Source of the DNA: Bacteroidota bacterium
GTDB lineage: Bacteria > Bacteroidota > Bacteroidia > Sphingobacteriales > Sphingobacteriaceae
DNA length: 64,000 bases
NCBI GenBank assembly: GCA_023427985.1
Contig: JAEYZM010000022.1
Span: 30,760 to 94,759 of the forward strand
Direction: 5' to 3'
Part shown: piece by piece, positions 63,402 through 64,000 of the stretch
How the letters are laid out: each line of letters begins with the position of its first letter
Position numbering within the stretch: position 1 is the first letter of the stretch
Notes under the pieces: generated by a model
Database searches by the model: none
What the model saw: the letters and a program-made list of their open reading frames with translations, nothing else
Told to the model about the DNA's origin: nothing
Position numbers and translations under genes: made by a program

Positions 63402-64000
63402 TTATTTTAAAATTGTGAAATAAAATGTACTACCATTGCCTGGTTCTGAATCGAGCCAAATTTTTCCTCCCCAGGATTCAATGTGTTTTTTTACGATTGA
63501 CAGACCTATACCGGTTCCTTCATATTTATCTCTATTGTGTAATCGTTGAAAGATTACAAAAATTTTATCGAAGTATTTTTTGTCAATTCCAATGCCATTA
63601 TCTTTAACACTTACTAACCATTTATCAGTATCTTCTTCAACATTAATTTCGATAATAGGATTTAAATTATCTTTAGAGTATTTTAACGCATTGTCAATTA
63701 AACTATGTAAGGTTTGAGTTAGAGGGACTCTAAAAGTTTTTACTGCGCATAAATTTTTATATACGATGTGTGCCGATTTTTCTTCTATTATTTTTCTTCG
63801 AAGTGCCTTATAATCATCTAATATTTCTTGCAATTTGATTTCTTCCAGAGTGTCGTCGTGAATACCAGCTCTTGAATAATCTAATAAATCTAGAATAATT
63901 TTTTTCATTCGTTTAGCACCATCGGTTGCAAAATGAATGTATTGATGTGCTTTTTCATCGAGTTGGTCGCCATACTTTCTTTTTAGCTGGTCCATGAAAC
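63402..64000 (-). CDS. sensor histidine kinase, C-terminal part (5' end outside window)
   Basis: Frame stays open past the ATG at 63995 to the window edge. ...RMKKIILDLLDYSR, then ATPase boxes (NALKYS, DNGIGID, GTGIGLSIV). The H-box must lie just beyond nt 64000. Confidence 0.85.
   Translation of the reverse strand, partial: FMDQLKRKYGDQLDEKAHQYIHFATDGAKRMKKIILDLLDYSRAGIHDDTLEEIKLQEILDDYKALRRKIIEEKSAHIVYKNLCAVKTFRVPLTQTLHSLIDNALKYSKDNLNPIIEINVEEDTDKWLVSVKDNGIGIDKKYFDKIFVIFQRLHNRDKYEGTGIGLSIVKKHIESWGGKIWLDSEPGNGSTFYFTILK

Overview
This is a compact, AT-rich chromosomal segment, almost certainly from Bacteroidota and probably Flavobacteriia. The taxonomic call rests on a fused lpxC/fabZ gene within an lpxD-lpxC/fabZ-lpxA-ABC-efp block, mutY-ssb-gldE-gldD synteny, a PorX-type REC-PglZ regulator and four proteins with T9SS C-terminal sorting domains. 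Exact TAnnTTTG -7 boxes also sit 10-39 nt upstream of several operon-leading genes. I call about 57 CDS. Most are housekeeping: lipid A synthesis, pyruvate dehydrogenase E1alpha/E2, fabD, tsaE, dapF, efp, RNase G, HtrA, peptidases and transporters. I recognised no rRNA, tRNA, CRISPR array, transposase, integrase or prophage gene, and the largest non-coding gap is about 215 nt. The window therefore looks like core genome rather than an accessory island. One real small gene is missing from the ORF track: a 29-aa bS22-like basic peptide at 28994-29083. The best candidates for undescribed biology are gene clusters, not hidden loci. (1) 18980-24133 holds three CxxC thioredoxin-fold proteins (a T9SS cargo, a periplasmic TlpA and an Omp28-like lipoprotein) around a predicted outer-membrane barrel. 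(2) 36774-40415 holds a T9SS propeller protein coupled to a membrane-anchored MutS-domain-V ATPase. (3) 61930-64000 is a kinase / CheY / REC-PAS-DHp operon in which the last protein has no ATPase domain. (4) 59047-61887 is a divergent HD-hydrolase/PorX pair sharing a perfect palindrome. At small scale there are two classes of convergent 3' ends (perfect hairpins versus zero-spacer or overlapping stops), a shared 21-nt motif at two terminators, a 16-nt tandem repeat filling one intergenic gap, and TTG/GTG starts that ORF geometry forces on conserved genes. All family assignments come from motif recognition by eye and memory; no searches were run.
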